A stretch of DNA of 64,000 nt from Candidatus Spongiisociaceae bacterium (GCA_965219685.1 CBDCOH010000002.1:3520001-3584000), one strand, 5' to 3'. Shown: positions 40,222 through 50,782, counted from the first letter of the stretch. Made by a program: numbers and translations. The notes: generated from the letters alone by a model not told the origin.

Positions 40222-40350
40222 AGCCGGTTGATGTTCCTCGGGCTCTTCGATCGGTATCGCTCCCTGCCAGTCCCGTGTCGAAGCACCAGGCACCTTTCAA
40301 CATTCACCATCCCACCATTCACCATTCACCATTCACCACTCACCATTCAG
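40222..40350. repeat. degenerate copy of the 40943-41310 unit plus heptamer tract
   Basis: TCTTCGATCGGTATC..CCTGCC.GTCCC.TG.CGAAGCACCA followed by CACCATT tract. Confidence 0.8.
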
Positions 40351-40845
40351 CCTGGTCCTGATCTGATCGAAGTTCTCGCGGGTCTCTATGCGGAACTCAC
40401 CGAAGCCGGTCGCTAAGGAACGGAGCCCGGAGGCCAAGGAATCGATCCTGGTTCTGTTGCCGTCGATCAGCTCGCGGTTGCCGTCGATCAGTGTGCGGTT
40501 GTGTTCGATCAGTTCGCGGTTGCGTCTGATCTGTGTGCTGTTGTGTTCGATCAGTTCGCGGTTGCGTCTGATCTGTGTGCGGTTGTGTTCGATCAGTTCG
40601 CGGTTGCGTCTGATCTGTGTGCTGTTGTTGTCGATCTTCTGGCCGTTGGCCTGGATCCGCTCGCGGTTGATCAAGATCTCCGCGTTGAGTTCTGCTGTCC
40701 TGGAGTCGATCTGCGCGGCCAGGGCGTGAGTCATTTCGCTGTTCCCGTCGAGCCTGCGCAGGATCTGGAGCATGAGGCCCATCAGCATGACGATGATGAC
40801 CAGCAGGCCGCTGATGAGAGTCAGGGTCGTAGCATCGACTTCCAT
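40333..40845 (-). CDS. membrane-anchored coiled-coil protein with 14-aa repeats, related to 31043/32438
   Basis: MEVDATTL + TM; QIRRNRELIEHN(S/R)T x3 (42 bp); TTGCAA-16-TACCAT promoter 7 nt upstream; stop lies inside a heptamer tract. Confidence 0.75.
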   Translation of the reverse strand: MEVDATTLTLISGLLVIIVMLMGLMLQILRRLDGNSEMTHALAAQIDSRTAELNAEILINRERIQANGQKIDNNSTQIRRNRELIEHNRTQIRRNRELIEHNSTQIRRNRELIEHNRTLIDGNRELIDGNRTRIDSLASGLRSLATGFGEFRIETRENFDQIRTRLNGEW

Positions 40846-40942
40846 AGACATAATGGTAGATAACGAATGATAGATTGCAAAAAGAGGGTGTTATCAGGTG
40901 TTTTGGTGTTAGATGCTAAGTGTTCGGGGGGTCGCGGGGCGT

Positions 40943-41310
40943 CGGTGTCCCCGGTTTTCTTCGATCGGTATCCCTCTCCTGCCCGTCCCATGGCGAAGCA
41001 CCATCCACGAGCCACCACTCACCATTCACCATTCACCATTCACCATTCAGGCGGTTGTCCCCGGTTTTCTTCGATCGGGCTGTCTCTCCTGCCCGTCCCA
41101 TGGCGAAGCACCATCCACGAGCCACCACTCACCATTCACTATTCACCATTCACCATCCCACCACTCACCATTCACCACTCAGCCGGTGTCCCCGGTTTCT
41201 TCGATCGGGCTGTCTCGCCTGCCCGTCCCATGGCGAAGCACCATCCACGAGCCACCACTCACCATCCCACCATTCACCACTCACCACCCCACCATTCACC
41301 ATTCACCACT
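40943..41310. repeat. three tandem ~75-bp units separated by variable-length heptamer tracts
   Basis: CGGTGTCCCCGGTTTTCTTCGATCGG...GCCCGTCCCATGGCGAAGCACCATCCACGAGCCACCACTC at about 40943, 41052, 41183. Confidence 0.92.
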
Positions 41311-41394
41311 ACGGCCAGATCGTCGTCATCGGCTTCTGACACCAGCCCGCGAAAACAAACGTAACAAGGCTCGTCGAGGGTGAATCCTGCGCGC

Positions 41395-41590
41395 AGCCAC
41401 GAGCCACAAGCCACCATCCACGAGCCGCCATCCACCAGCCACAAGCCAACCAGCCACGGCATGAACAAGGATGCAGTTCACTGCTACGCGCCCAAACCGG
41501 TTACGGACCATTGATCACCTACCACGGGCTGCGAACCACAAGCCGCCAGCCACAAGCCGCCAGCCACAAGCCGCCAGCCACAAGCCATCT
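41395..41590. repeat. (CCACAAG/CCGCCAG) heptamer tracts
   Basis: Two tracts at about 41395-41457 and 41535-41587. Confidence 0.85.
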
Positions 41591-41859
41591 CACTGCGGAA
41601 ATGTCCCGGTCTGGACGGCCTCAGCCGTAGTATTGGGGGCGATCAGGAGGTGAAGTGGCTTGCGTTCGCGGCTCCGCGTCGGTACCGTTACCCCCACATG
41701 GCTGATCAGGCCCGCCGCGAAGTTGCGTTAAGCGACGCTTCACATAACATGCGCGTGGGTGGGCGGCGTGTTATATTGCCAGGGCTGGCCGGGATACGGG
41801 TTGTAACCAATTCCCTCTCGGCGGCCGACTAAGCATACGAAGGAAGGAAGGGAGGGCAA

Positions 41860-44214
41860 ATGCCCCTGATAGCAAGGCAGCGTTCGCGGTTGGCTGTGCT
41901 GGCCGTGCTCGCCTTGGTGGGTTCGCTTCTTGCCGTTTCTGCGGTGCCTGCGGTCGCCGCCGAGGACGACAAAGCGGAAGAAACGGCTATGTACTCAGCT
42001 TGCGTGGGTGCCGCTGAAGATGACGCCGGGTTCGCCGACATGAGAGGCAACTTCGCCGAAGATGAGGCCAATTGCTTGGCTCACTATGGGATCACTCTGG
42101 GAACCGGAACCGATGAGGACGGCAACTCTGTGTACGGGCCGAGCAGTTCCGTTACCAGGTGGCAGATGGCTCTGTTCCTGAGCCGCGCGGCCGGTCCTGC
42201 GGGTATCGAGTTGCCGATGGCCTCGGATCAGATGCTGTCCGATATCGGCAGCTTGGACGATGCGACCCAGGACGCCATCAACCAGATGGCCGACTTGGGC
42301 ATCATGGCGCCGCGCTCGTCCGGGATGTTCGATCCCAACGGAGTAGTGTCCCGTAAGGATATGGCTGTCCATCTGGTCGGCTTCCTCTCCAAGGCCCTTC
42401 AGGGTCCCGGCAGCGTTTCCCTTGAAAAGCTTCAGAGCGACGACGGTCTCGGTAGCGGCAAGTCGCCGTTCACCGACATCGGTGATGTCTCGGTCAGCGC
42501 TCACGAGGCCATCAGGGATGTCTTCGAGTTGGGCGTGGCCGAAGGTACATCGGCTACGGAATTCTCGCCTGATGCTCCGGTGCGCCGGGACCAGATGGCG
42601 GCGTTCATCACCCGGGCTTTGGCCCACACCAATGCCCGCCCCGCCGGTCTCACTGCACAGGCCGACGCCGGTGGCGACACCGGGACCGAGGTCTCGATCT
42701 CTGTGTCGGTCCGTGACGACGACCACGGAGTGGTGCCTGACGCACTGGTCGGCAGGATCCATACCACCACCCCGGATACGGCGTTCGATGATGCCGGAGA
42801 GTGCGATGACGCAACCGGTGATTGCACGCTCAACACCGGCAACGAGGCCACGGATCCGGACGGCAACGCTGAGCTCCAGGTCACCCTTCCCGATGAGGCT
42901 GGTACCTTGACGGTATGGGTGTGGACCGGTGAGTCCGGTGACGAATTCGACGCCGACACCACCGACTCCGCGATGCTGGAGATTGACGCGGCTCTTCCGG
43001 CCACGACGGTGAAGGTCAGCAACGACAACAAGGCCGGGTCGCAGTTCCTCAAGTTCGGTGACACGGTTACCTACACCTTGCAGGTTGTCAACAGCGAGGG
43101 TGACCCTGTTGCCAAGGCCGGCGCCAAGGTGCAGGTCACGGCTGACGTCCAAACTGTCACTGTCGCAGCAGAAAATACTCCTGCTCTGAGTGACAATGTT
43201 GTCACCGTTACCCCAGGCGGTGTCTCGAGTAGAACCATTAAGACTCACGAGACGGACGCGGCTGGACAGATCGAACTCTCGTTCACCCACGACGATCCCG
43301 ATGGGGACACTGCAGGGAATCGGGTCCAGTTGAGCCTGGCGCTGGTTCTGACGGTTGATGGGGATCTCGAGACGGTGTCGACTGCGGATCTCAACGACCA
43401 TCTCGTTGCCACTGACACCCTTGCGAACACCCCCGACAACGGTGCGGACAACATCGGAGTCATCTGGTCGGACGCCTCTTCGAGGGCCACGACCATTACG
43501 CTCGGTCAAGCGATCAAGTATCACGAGACCAATGCCAACGGGGTTCGCAACACGATCACGGCCACGCTGGTTGACCAGTACGGTGATCCGGTCAGGGGCG
43601 TGAAGGTTGGACTCTGGTCCGGTGTGACCAATACCGATGCGACTACTACTGCCGCAGCGATTCTTCAGGGACTCGGTGGCGGTACTTCGGGCTCGCCGGG
43701 TGCATCAACCGACATCGCCGATAGTCGCACTACCAACAGGAATGGTGTAGCGACCAAGTCGTATACCCGCAATGTTGTGGATGCGGCTCGGGAGCAGGTC
43801 GGTGCTTCGTACAGCGCGGTTGTCGGCTGTGATGACACAGACACCGGCGGCACCCCTCCCTGCACCGATGTGGCTGATGCGATGGATATTGACATTGCCA
43901 TCACCAACGTGGAAACTGGCGACAATGGTCTCGATCACTACTGGGCTACGCGGCTCGGTGTGGGTACGGTGAACGACCAGGTTGTCCTGGTTGCAGATAC
44001 GGACAACAACACGGTTGTGGCCGGCACTGCGACTGCGCCGACGTTGGCGACCTACGATGCCAATGATCACTTCCAGGTCGACGGCGCCAATACCACCATG
44101 GAAGCCTTCGAGAAGGCTCTCGGTGGCGCCGATGACAACGACACGGTGGATATCACTATCACGAGTACTGCTGATAATGCGATCAACACGTTCAACTTCG
44201 AGAACGTGGCCTGA
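41860..44214 (+). CDS. SLH-domain S-layer-like surface protein (paralog 1, probable major S-layer protein)
   Basis: Signal peptide; YSAC; VTRWQMALFL/VRRDQMAAFI SLH motifs; AHTNARPAG; Ig-like ATLVDQYGDPV; very acidic and Thr-rich; strong RBS. Confidence 0.85.
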   Translation: MPLIARQRSRLAVLAVLALVGSLLAVSAVPAVAAEDDKAEETAMYSACVGAAEDDAGFADMRGNFAEDEANCLAHYGITLGTGTDEDGNSVYGPSSSVTRWQMALFLSRAAGPAGIELPMASDQMLSDIGSLDDATQDAINQMADLGIMAPRSSGMFDPNGVVSRKDMAVHLVGFLSKALQGPGSVSLEKLQSDDGLGSGKSPFTDIGDVSVSAHEAIRDVFELGVAEGTSATEFSPDAPVRRDQMAAFITRALAHTNARPAGLTAQADAGGDTGTEVSISVSVRDDDHGVVPDALVGRIHTTTPDTAFDDAGECDDATGDCTLNTGNEATDPDGNAELQVTLPDEAGTLTVWVWTGESGDEFDADTTDSAMLEIDAALPATTVKVSNDNKAGSQFLKFGDTVTYTLQVVNSEGDPVAKAGAKVQVTADVQTVTVAAENTPALSDNVVTVTPGGVSSRTIKTHETDAAGQIELSFTHDDPDGDTAGNRVQLSLALVLTVDGDLETVSTADLNDHLVATDTLANTPDNGADNIGVIWSDASSRATTITLGQAIKYHETNANGVRNTITATLVDQYGDPVRGVKVGLWSGVTNTDATTTAAAILQGLGGGTSGSPGASTDIADSRTTNRNGVATKSYTRNVVDAAREQVGASYSAVVGCDDTDTGGTPPCTDVADAMDIDIAITNVETGDNGLDHYWATRLGVGTVNDQVVLVADTDNNTVVAGTATAPTLATYDANDHFQVDGANTTMEAFEKALGGADDNDTVDITITSTADNAINTFNFENVA

Positions 44215-44236
44215 TCGATCAGAAGCTCTAGAACAC

Positions 44237-44266
44237 GGAGGGTCCCGGCGAGAGCCGGGACCCTCC
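44237..44266 (+). terminator. 13-bp perfect hairpin after S-layer paralog 1
   Basis: GGAGGGTCCCGGC-GAGA-GCCGGGACCCTCC; no long U tract. Confidence 0.7.
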
Positions 44267-44440
44267 CGCGTTCCGGCCCGCTCAACTGTTCACAACGCCT
44301 CGCTGACGGCCTTTTCGCCTCGAACCAAGGTCCGTCGCGCTGCTTACGCCTACCTAGTTCGGCGATGCTTTAGTTACCACGAATACGGCGGGTTTCCCGT
44401 TAGGCTGGGTGGCTAGACCACGGACAAGGAGCGAGACCTG

Positions 44441-46558
44441 ATGTTGAGGCGTTCACCGTTGGCCACGCTGGCCCTGCTCTCTCTGGTTGCGACGCTCCTG
44501 GCCCTGCCTGTGATTCCCGCCGCAGGCCGGAACGGGGAGGCGGACGACCTCCCCCTCTACACGGCATGCCCAGCGGCCGCGATCGAGTCCGCCGGATTCG
44601 AGGATGTCGCGGCGAGTAGCGTCGCCAGGGATGCAATCAACTGCATGGTCCACTTCGGGATCATGCCGGGTACCTCCTCCACGACCTTCGAGCCCGGCTT
44701 GGGGGTGACCCGCCAGGAGATGGCCCTGATCCTCATCCGGGCGGCAGGTCCCGCCGGGATCGACGTGCCCCGAGCGCGGGACCAAGGCTTCGATGACATC
44801 AGCCACCTGCCCCGTGAGGTTAGAGACTCCATCAACCAACTTGCCGAGCTGGGTATTACCAGGGGCACCACCGCGTCCACCTACGTTCCCGGCGGGGTGG
44901 TCAACCGCCGCGAGATGGCCCAGTTCTTCACCCGCTTCCTGCGGGAGGCGCCGGTAGGCGAAGGGGGCGTAGACGTCGATTCGGTCATACCGGACGACCG
45001 TGTGTTCACCGATATCGAACTTCTTCCCCACGATCCCTACGACGCCATCCGGCTTATATACGAGTTGGGGGTGACGAAGGGCACCACCGCCACCACCTAC
45101 GGTCCTGACGATCCGGTGACACGGGCGCAGATGGCCCTGTTCGTCAGCCGGATGCTGGCCCACACCAATGCGCGTCCGGCCGGTATCACGGTGCAGGTGG
45201 AGGACGCCTCCGTTACCGCTGAAGACACGGTCGACCTCGTGGTGTCCCTCCGGGACGATGACCACCTACCGATGGTCGACGAGCCGATCGACCTCTTCTA
45301 CGTGGCTGCGGGCGACGAGGGCTTCTCCTCTAGCGGCAGGTGCAGCAGCAAGGCGATCATCGAGGCGGGCAGCAGCCGGTGCGCCATCGACCTCGGTGAC
45401 GAGACCACTGACGGCGACGGGAACCTGTTCTACACGATGGAGATTCCCGAAAGCCTGGCGGTTTACGCCTGGACCGGCGACCGCAACGACCGCTTCGATA
45501 TTGACAGCACCGACCATGCCACCCTGAATATTGCCGCGTCCAAGAATCCCGACGGGTTCCTGCTCACCGACAACATGCGCGAAGGCGCGGAGCGACTTCC
45601 GTTCGGGACGACCGTTACCTTCACCTTCCAGGTGGTGGACGAGGACCTCAACCCGGTAGCCGTGGAAGACGCAGAGATCCGCATCCGGACCGAGGAGTGG
45701 AACGACGGCCGCCGGGGTCCGGACCGGACCAGGACCTACACCACCGACTCTTCGGGTCGGGTGCAACTCACCTTCCGTCTCAGCGACCCGGACCCGGACC
45801 GCAACGATCCCCACGGGGAACTCAACCTCGAGGTTCTACGGCATGACTACACGAGGCTGACGGACAAGAGCACGGTAGAGATCGACACCACGGCCAACCG
45901 GCTACGATGGTCGGACGACGACCCTGAACCCAGGACCCTGCTGCTTGAGCAGAGATCGGTGTACAGCAGGGCGACCGCCTCGGGAAGCGCCCACAACCGG
46001 GTGACCGCCACCCTGCTCGACCAGTATGGCGATCCGGTGCGGGGCGTGCGGATCCACTTCACCTCGGGCGACGCGAACGGTCTGTGGTCGAAAGACGGAA
46101 ACGGCACCGACGCTCAGAACGCCTACCGCAAGACCACCAGCAGGCGGGGAGTGGCCACGGTGAACTACACCCGCAACTCGGCCGCCTCGACGATAGAGAT
46201 GATCGATGCACGCGCCGAGAACTGCAGCACATGCAGCAGAACAATCGATCACTACTGGGTGAAGGACACGCCCACGAACCTGCAGGAAGACGGTGTCATG
46301 GTCCGTCACTACGACGCTGATGCGGATACGTTGGTGTTCGAAGTTACCAGCGGCGGGAACGCTGGCGTGTACGCGATCACCTTTGACTCGTTCGACCACT
46401 TCTACGAATTCGATAGCACCACCAGTACGGACGTGCCGATCAGCTACCAGGCGTTCAAAGAGGCGCTGGCCGAGTACACGACTACGGATGCGACCCTCGA
46501 CGTGAACATAATCGGCAGCGATGCCGACGACGTGAACCGGTTCGAGTTGCAGCCTTAA
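44441..46558 (+). CDS. SLH-domain surface protein (paralog 2)
   Basis: Same architecture: VTRQEMALIL, AHTNARPAG, FTFQVVD, ATLLDQYGDPV, HYW. Confidence 0.88.
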   Translation: MLRRSPLATLALLSLVATLLALPVIPAAGRNGEADDLPLYTACPAAAIESAGFEDVAASSVARDAINCMVHFGIMPGTSSTTFEPGLGVTRQEMALILIRAAGPAGIDVPRARDQGFDDISHLPREVRDSINQLAELGITRGTTASTYVPGGVVNRREMAQFFTRFLREAPVGEGGVDVDSVIPDDRVFTDIELLPHDPYDAIRLIYELGVTKGTTATTYGPDDPVTRAQMALFVSRMLAHTNARPAGITVQVEDASVTAEDTVDLVVSLRDDDHLPMVDEPIDLFYVAAGDEGFSSSGRCSSKAIIEAGSSRCAIDLGDETTDGDGNLFYTMEIPESLAVYAWTGDRNDRFDIDSTDHATLNIAASKNPDGFLLTDNMREGAERLPFGTTVTFTFQVVDEDLNPVAVEDAEIRIRTEEWNDGRRGPDRTRTYTTDSSGRVQLTFRLSDPDPDRNDPHGELNLEVLRHDYTRLTDKSTVEIDTTANRLRWSDDDPEPRTLLLEQRSVYSRATASGSAHNRVTATLLDQYGDPVRGVRIHFTSGDANGLWSKDGNGTDAQNAYRKTTSRRGVATVNYTRNSAASTIEMIDARAENCSTCSRTIDHYWVKDTPTNLQEDGVMVRHYDADADTLVFEVTSGGNAGVYAITFDSFDHFYEFDSTTSTDVPISYQAFKEALAEYTTTDATLDVNIIGSDADDVNRFELQP

Positions 46559-46575
46559 CACCACTCCACCCACCA

Positions 46576-46604
46576 GGTGCGGGGAGCCGACGCCTCCCCG
46601 CACC
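46576..46604 (+). terminator. hairpin after paralog 2
   Basis: GGTGCGGGGAG/CTCCCCGCACC stem. Confidence 0.6.
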
Positions 46605-46734
46605 CTCTCCCCCGCTCAGAACGTGAGGCGCAGGTCGTCGCTCCGGTCGTTCCGAGACTCACGTTCGCACGAGACCGCCAGGTCGTGTTGTGGGTGGCCT
46701 AACATGTGTTCACACGAGGAGAGGAGGGACTCCC

Positions 46735-48870
46735 GTGAACTGTCAGGTTTTCATGTCCGTGCCGGCCGCTGGTCTTCGGTCGGCAGTAAGCCTCCCAGGA
46801 ACGGGAAGGGCAGGGTACCGTAAGCGGTGGATGCCGCTGGCTGTCCTGGCGCTTTCGGGTTCTCTACTGGTAGCCTCAGCCGCGCCGGTGCTAGGCGTGG
46901 TAGGTGTTACGGACCATACGGCCCGGCTCTCCGCTTGCGTGGGCGCGGCTCTTGATCCGGCTGGCTTCCACGACACGGAGGGCAGCTTCGCCGAGGAGGC
47001 GGCCGACTGCCTCGCCCACTACGGGATCACCTTGGGGACCAGCCCGGAGATGTTCTCGCCCGGGCAGGTGGTGACTCGCGAGCAGATGGCCCTGTTCCTG
47101 GCGCGGGCGGCGGGTCCGGCCGGGTTCGAGCTACCGGAGGTCTCCGATCAGGGATTCACCGACCTCGACGCCGGGTCCGTCGGCCATGATGCCATCAGCC
47201 AACTGGCCGAGCTCGGAATAGTGGAGGGAACCTCGACCACCGCCTTTGACCCGCAGGGCCCGGTTACCCGCGAGCTGATGGCGTTATGGCTGGCCCGGTT
47301 CCTCAGCGCCGCCCCCACCGGTCCGGGAGGTACGGACATCGATCATGTCGAACCCGATGACGACCACTTCACGGACATCTCCTCGGTCGACTTCAGGACC
47401 CGCGCCGCCATCCGCAAGATCTACGAGATGGGTGTGACCCAAGGGACGTCGGCCTTCACGTTCTCGCCCGCCAAGGAGGTAACACGGGGACAGATGGCCG
47501 TGTTCATCAGCCGCATGCTGGCTCACACCCACGCCCGCCCGGCCGGGTTGACCATCCAGGCAGCCGAGCCGGCACTCTCCGGGGATTCCGATGTCACGGT
47601 GTCGATCTCCTACCGGGACGAGCACCATCGACCCCGGGCGGCCCGGATGGTAGACGTTTTCGCGTCCACGAACCCCGGAATGGCCTTCGACGACGCCGGC
47701 CGATGCACCGGCCACGTCTTCTCGCTGATAGGGCCCGGACAGGCTTGCGTGATGGATAGCTCGGACCACATCACGAGCCCCTCCGGGTACCTGCGGACCG
47801 ATATGGATCTGGCGGATGTCGGCGCGCTGCGGGTCTGGGCCTGGCAAGGTCCCAATGGCACCCTGTACGACGACGACGCCGAAAGGGAGGCGGTCCTCGA
47901 CATCAGGACCCTCAGTTTCCCAATGGCCCTAGAAGTTAGCGACGACATGCGGCCCACCGCCCGCAAGCTCCGCCTGGGCGACACGGTGACGTTCACGTTC
48001 CGGCTGGTCGATGCTGACGGCGCCCCCGTAGCCAAGCCGGGCGTGAAGTTCAGCCTCGGTTTTGAGCAGTCAGTGAACGGGCACAGCCTCGGGCTCCGCA
48101 CCATCGTCAAAGAGACCGCCTCGGACGGCTCGTTCGAGATGGAGTTCCGTCGAGTGGATCAGAACCCCGAGCCCGAGGACCTGGGTGACATAGCGCAGTT
48201 GGACCTTGATGTTCTGGACAGCGGCATGCTGGGGGTGAAAGACAGGACGACCCTCGGGATGCTGGCGAACGACGGCACCAGCGATGACAGTCTGCTCGAC
48301 TGGTCGGACGAGGAGGGAGTGACCACATCCCTCACGCTGTCCCTGCCGGAGGATTACGTCGTAGCCTCCTCGGAGGGCAGCGGTGCGAGCAACAGGGCAC
48401 GGGCGAGCCTCACCGATCAGTACGGATCCGGAGTGGCTCGTGGCGGGGCGATAACCTTCACGTCCACCGACCCCTCGGTGGCGCCTAACAATGTCAACCG
48501 CGCCGCCAATGTGGGAGGGGTGGCCATCCTCGATTACCACCGGGACTCCGACTCCGGCGCCACGGAGTGGATCACTGCCCGGTCCGGCACGCTCACGGCC
48601 GGGGCCCGCCAATACTGGGCCGGCCGCATCCCCGCGGGCACCGGCGGTTCCGGAGAGGTAGTGGTGGTCGACCCCGGCAACAACCGGGCGGTGCTGTTGA
48701 GCGGCGACGATGTCTGGCTCGTGGAGTACAGCTTCGCCGACCGCTTCGAGATCGGCGGCGAACGCGTCCGGATCTCCACCTTCGAGGACACCTTGACGGT
48801 GGGGAACACCCTCGCCTTCGAGATCTCACCATCCGGCGCAGCCAACACCTACACCCTCACCAGCCGCTAA
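46735..48870 (+). CDS. SLH-domain surface protein (paralog 3)
   Basis: VTREQMALFL, AHTHARPAG, FTFRLVD, LTDQYG; start uncertain (GTG 46735 after GGAGG or ATG 46831). Confidence 0.85.
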   Translation: MNCQVFMSVPAAGLRSAVSLPGTGRAGYRKRWMPLAVLALSGSLLVASAAPVLGVVGVTDHTARLSACVGAALDPAGFHDTEGSFAEEAADCLAHYGITLGTSPEMFSPGQVVTREQMALFLARAAGPAGFELPEVSDQGFTDLDAGSVGHDAISQLAELGIVEGTSTTAFDPQGPVTRELMALWLARFLSAAPTGPGGTDIDHVEPDDDHFTDISSVDFRTRAAIRKIYEMGVTQGTSAFTFSPAKEVTRGQMAVFISRMLAHTHARPAGLTIQAAEPALSGDSDVTVSISYRDEHHRPRAARMVDVFASTNPGMAFDDAGRCTGHVFSLIGPGQACVMDSSDHITSPSGYLRTDMDLADVGALRVWAWQGPNGTLYDDDAEREAVLDIRTLSFPMALEVSDDMRPTARKLRLGDTVTFTFRLVDADGAPVAKPGVKFSLGFEQSVNGHSLGLRTIVKETASDGSFEMEFRRVDQNPEPEDLGDIAQLDLDVLDSGMLGVKDRTTLGMLANDGTSDDSLLDWSDEEGVTTSLTLSLPEDYVVASSEGSGASNRARASLTDQYGSGVARGGAITFTSTDPSVAPNNVNRAANVGGVAILDYHRDSDSGATEWITARSGTLTAGARQYWAGRIPAGTGGSGEVVVVDPGNNRAVLLSGDDVWLVEYSFADRFEIGGERVRISTFEDTLTVGNTLAFEISPSGAANTYTLTSR

Positions 48871-48915
48871 TCTCCCCAGGACGCGCGCCAGCCGCCACGC
48901 GCCGGAGGAAGGGGC

Positions 48916-48945
48916 TAGTCAAGGCCGCCGGTTAGTCCTTATAGT
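48916..48945 (+). promoter_or_regulatory. putative promoter, duplicated at 51279-51307
   Basis: TAGTCA-18-TATAGT here; TAGTCA-17-TATATT in the copy. Confidence 0.5.
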
Positions 48946-49247
48946 TCGGACGAGAGCCAGAGAGAAGAACTTGCGTGACCGCGATCACCGAACGGCTGGT
49001 CGATGCCACAGAGCAGGCCCGCGAAGCCGCGTCCCACACCAATCTCGCGCAAGCCACGCACTCCTTCGAGAAACGGGTCAATCCAGGTCGGCTTCCGTAT
49101 CATCGCGATCGTGATACACGCCAAGATCGCCTCGCAGCCCTAGTGTTAGCCTTCCTCAATCGACCAACGCCGCCGCTGGCGGCTTGTAGATTCTGATGCG
49201 ATAGTCTAACGTAGATAGCACTACATCATTGCGATGGAGAGGTAGAA

Positions 49248-50603
49248 GTGACAGCTGAGGTCGCCATCCTCAACCGTGAAGCCGTTGCCATGGCCGCCGA
49301 CAGTGCTCTCACGCTGGGCGGGCCTGTCGGCAAGGTCTACAACAGTGCCAACAAGCTCTTTGCCCTGTCGAGGCTGGAACCAGTGGCTGTCATGGTCTAC
49401 GGAGCGGGTTCGTTCGAGGGAATCCCCTGGGCGACGGTTGTCAAGGAGTATCGCCGTAAGTTGGCTGCAGGCACATTTGCAACGATCGAGGACTACGCGT
49501 CGGATTTCATCGGATACCTCTCATCCCTGGTACATCACATGCCGGCCGACTTCCGGCGACGAAGTGTTCTTCTGAGGGTGTCCTGGGAGCTCGACCAGCT
49601 ACGGGATGCGATTGACGCCAAGGTATCCGGCGATCTTTCCGATGACAACCAGGTGACTGATCACATACTGGATCGGATTGAGTCGAGGATCGGCCAGCTA
49701 GAAGCGGAGGGTGATGAGACCGGGCCCGATGAGTCGGCGGCTGTTCAAGAGTTCAACGAGGCCATTGACGACTGGGACGGTTTGATTATGACGTTCCTGA
49801 AGGATTTGCCAGCGACGGATACTGTCAAGGAGAGGGCCCGGGCCATGGTGTGTACCTCGCTGCGGGTCGCCACTTGGTCGCCGGCATCGTCCGGTGTCGT
49901 TGTCGCCGGCTTCGGGACTTCACAGCTGTTTCCGGCCCTTTCCCACCACTTGGTAGATGGCATCCTCGTGGACCGGGTCCGAGTTCGTCAGATTCAGGGG
50001 GTCCAGATTGGTTGGCAGCAGTCTGCTGTGATCTGTCCGTTCGCGCAGCAGGACATGGTGCAAACATTCATGGACGGTCTACATCCGGACTTTCCACACG
50101 CGCTTGGCGGGTTCATTGATGAAACGATGCGGCTGTACGCGAGTCACTTCGGCGAGCAGGTTCAGAATGCTCTTCCCTCCGACGAGTACGGGGGACTGAT
50201 GGAAAGGATGGCCACGGCGAGATCCGAGACTGTCAAATGGTTCCAGGAGCAGATGAGGGATCTGCTGGAGCAGCAACATTCAGGTCCGATCATGTCGATC
50301 GTTAGTATGTTGCCCAAGGAGGAACTGGCGGAGATGGCCGAAGCGCTCGTCAACCTCACGTCTCTTAAGAGGCGGGTCACTCCGGAGGACGAGACCGTAG
50401 GCGGTCCGGTCGATGTTGCGGTGATCTCGAAAGGTGATGGACTTATCTGGATCAAGCGCAAGCACTACTTCGCCCCAGAGCTGAACCACCGGTTTTTCGA
50501 CCGTGACCAAGATCTGTCAACAGGTAAGACAGGTAGCCTTTCTTGCCGAAGGGCTCCGGACGATCGGACTGAAGATCGGGACGGGACAGGAGGCAGGTTA
50601 TGA
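49248..50603 (+). CDS. Ntn-hydrolase/proteasome-beta-like protein with large helical insertions
   Basis: M-T-AEVAILNREAVAMAADSA.T N-terminus (Thr nucleophile), KLF, VVVAGFG, TVGGPVDVAVISK; lower GC. Confidence 0.7.
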   Translation: MTAEVAILNREAVAMAADSALTLGGPVGKVYNSANKLFALSRLEPVAVMVYGAGSFEGIPWATVVKEYRRKLAAGTFATIEDYASDFIGYLSSLVHHMPADFRRRSVLLRVSWELDQLRDAIDAKVSGDLSDDNQVTDHILDRIESRIGQLEAEGDETGPDESAAVQEFNEAIDDWDGLIMTFLKDLPATDTVKERARAMVCTSLRVATWSPASSGVVVAGFGTSQLFPALSHHLVDGILVDRVRVRQIQGVQIGWQQSAVICPFAQQDMVQTFMDGLHPDFPHALGGFIDETMRLYASHFGEQVQNALPSDEYGGLMERMATARSETVKWFQEQMRDLLEQQHSGPIMSIVSMLPKEELAEMAEALVNLTSLKRRVTPEDETVGGPVDVAVISKGDGLIWIKRKHYFAPELNHRFFDRDQDLSTGKTGSLSCRRAPDDRTEDRDGTGGRL

Positions 50604-50782
50604 ATAGAAACATGGAAGAGGAGCTTCATCGAGTGATGGTCGAGAAGAACCGTCCTCCGCACCGCACGGTGTTCAATCCGGGTGATGACCCGGAGGAATT
50701 CGGGCGTCGTGCTGCCCGAGATCTGTTCGATCGGTACATCAGGCACGCGACCAGCACCCCCGCGCAGTCTAAGAAGGGCTGA
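50600..50782 (+). CDS. small hypothetical protein coupled to the Ntn-hydrolase gene
   Basis: ATGA overlap, GGAGG RBS. Confidence 0.5.
   Translation: MNRNMEEELHRVMVEKNRPPHRTVFNPGDDPEEFGRRAARDLFDRYIRHATSTPAQSKKG

Noticed and set aside
40943-41310. CRISPR array
   Set aside because: Units are about 75 bp, the spacers are low-complexity heptamer tracts rather than unique sequences, and there are no cas genes
48975-49196. Small ORF after paralog 3 as a functional gene
   Set aside because: No recognisable motif and its duplicate at 51341 has stops; kept only as part of the duplicated unit
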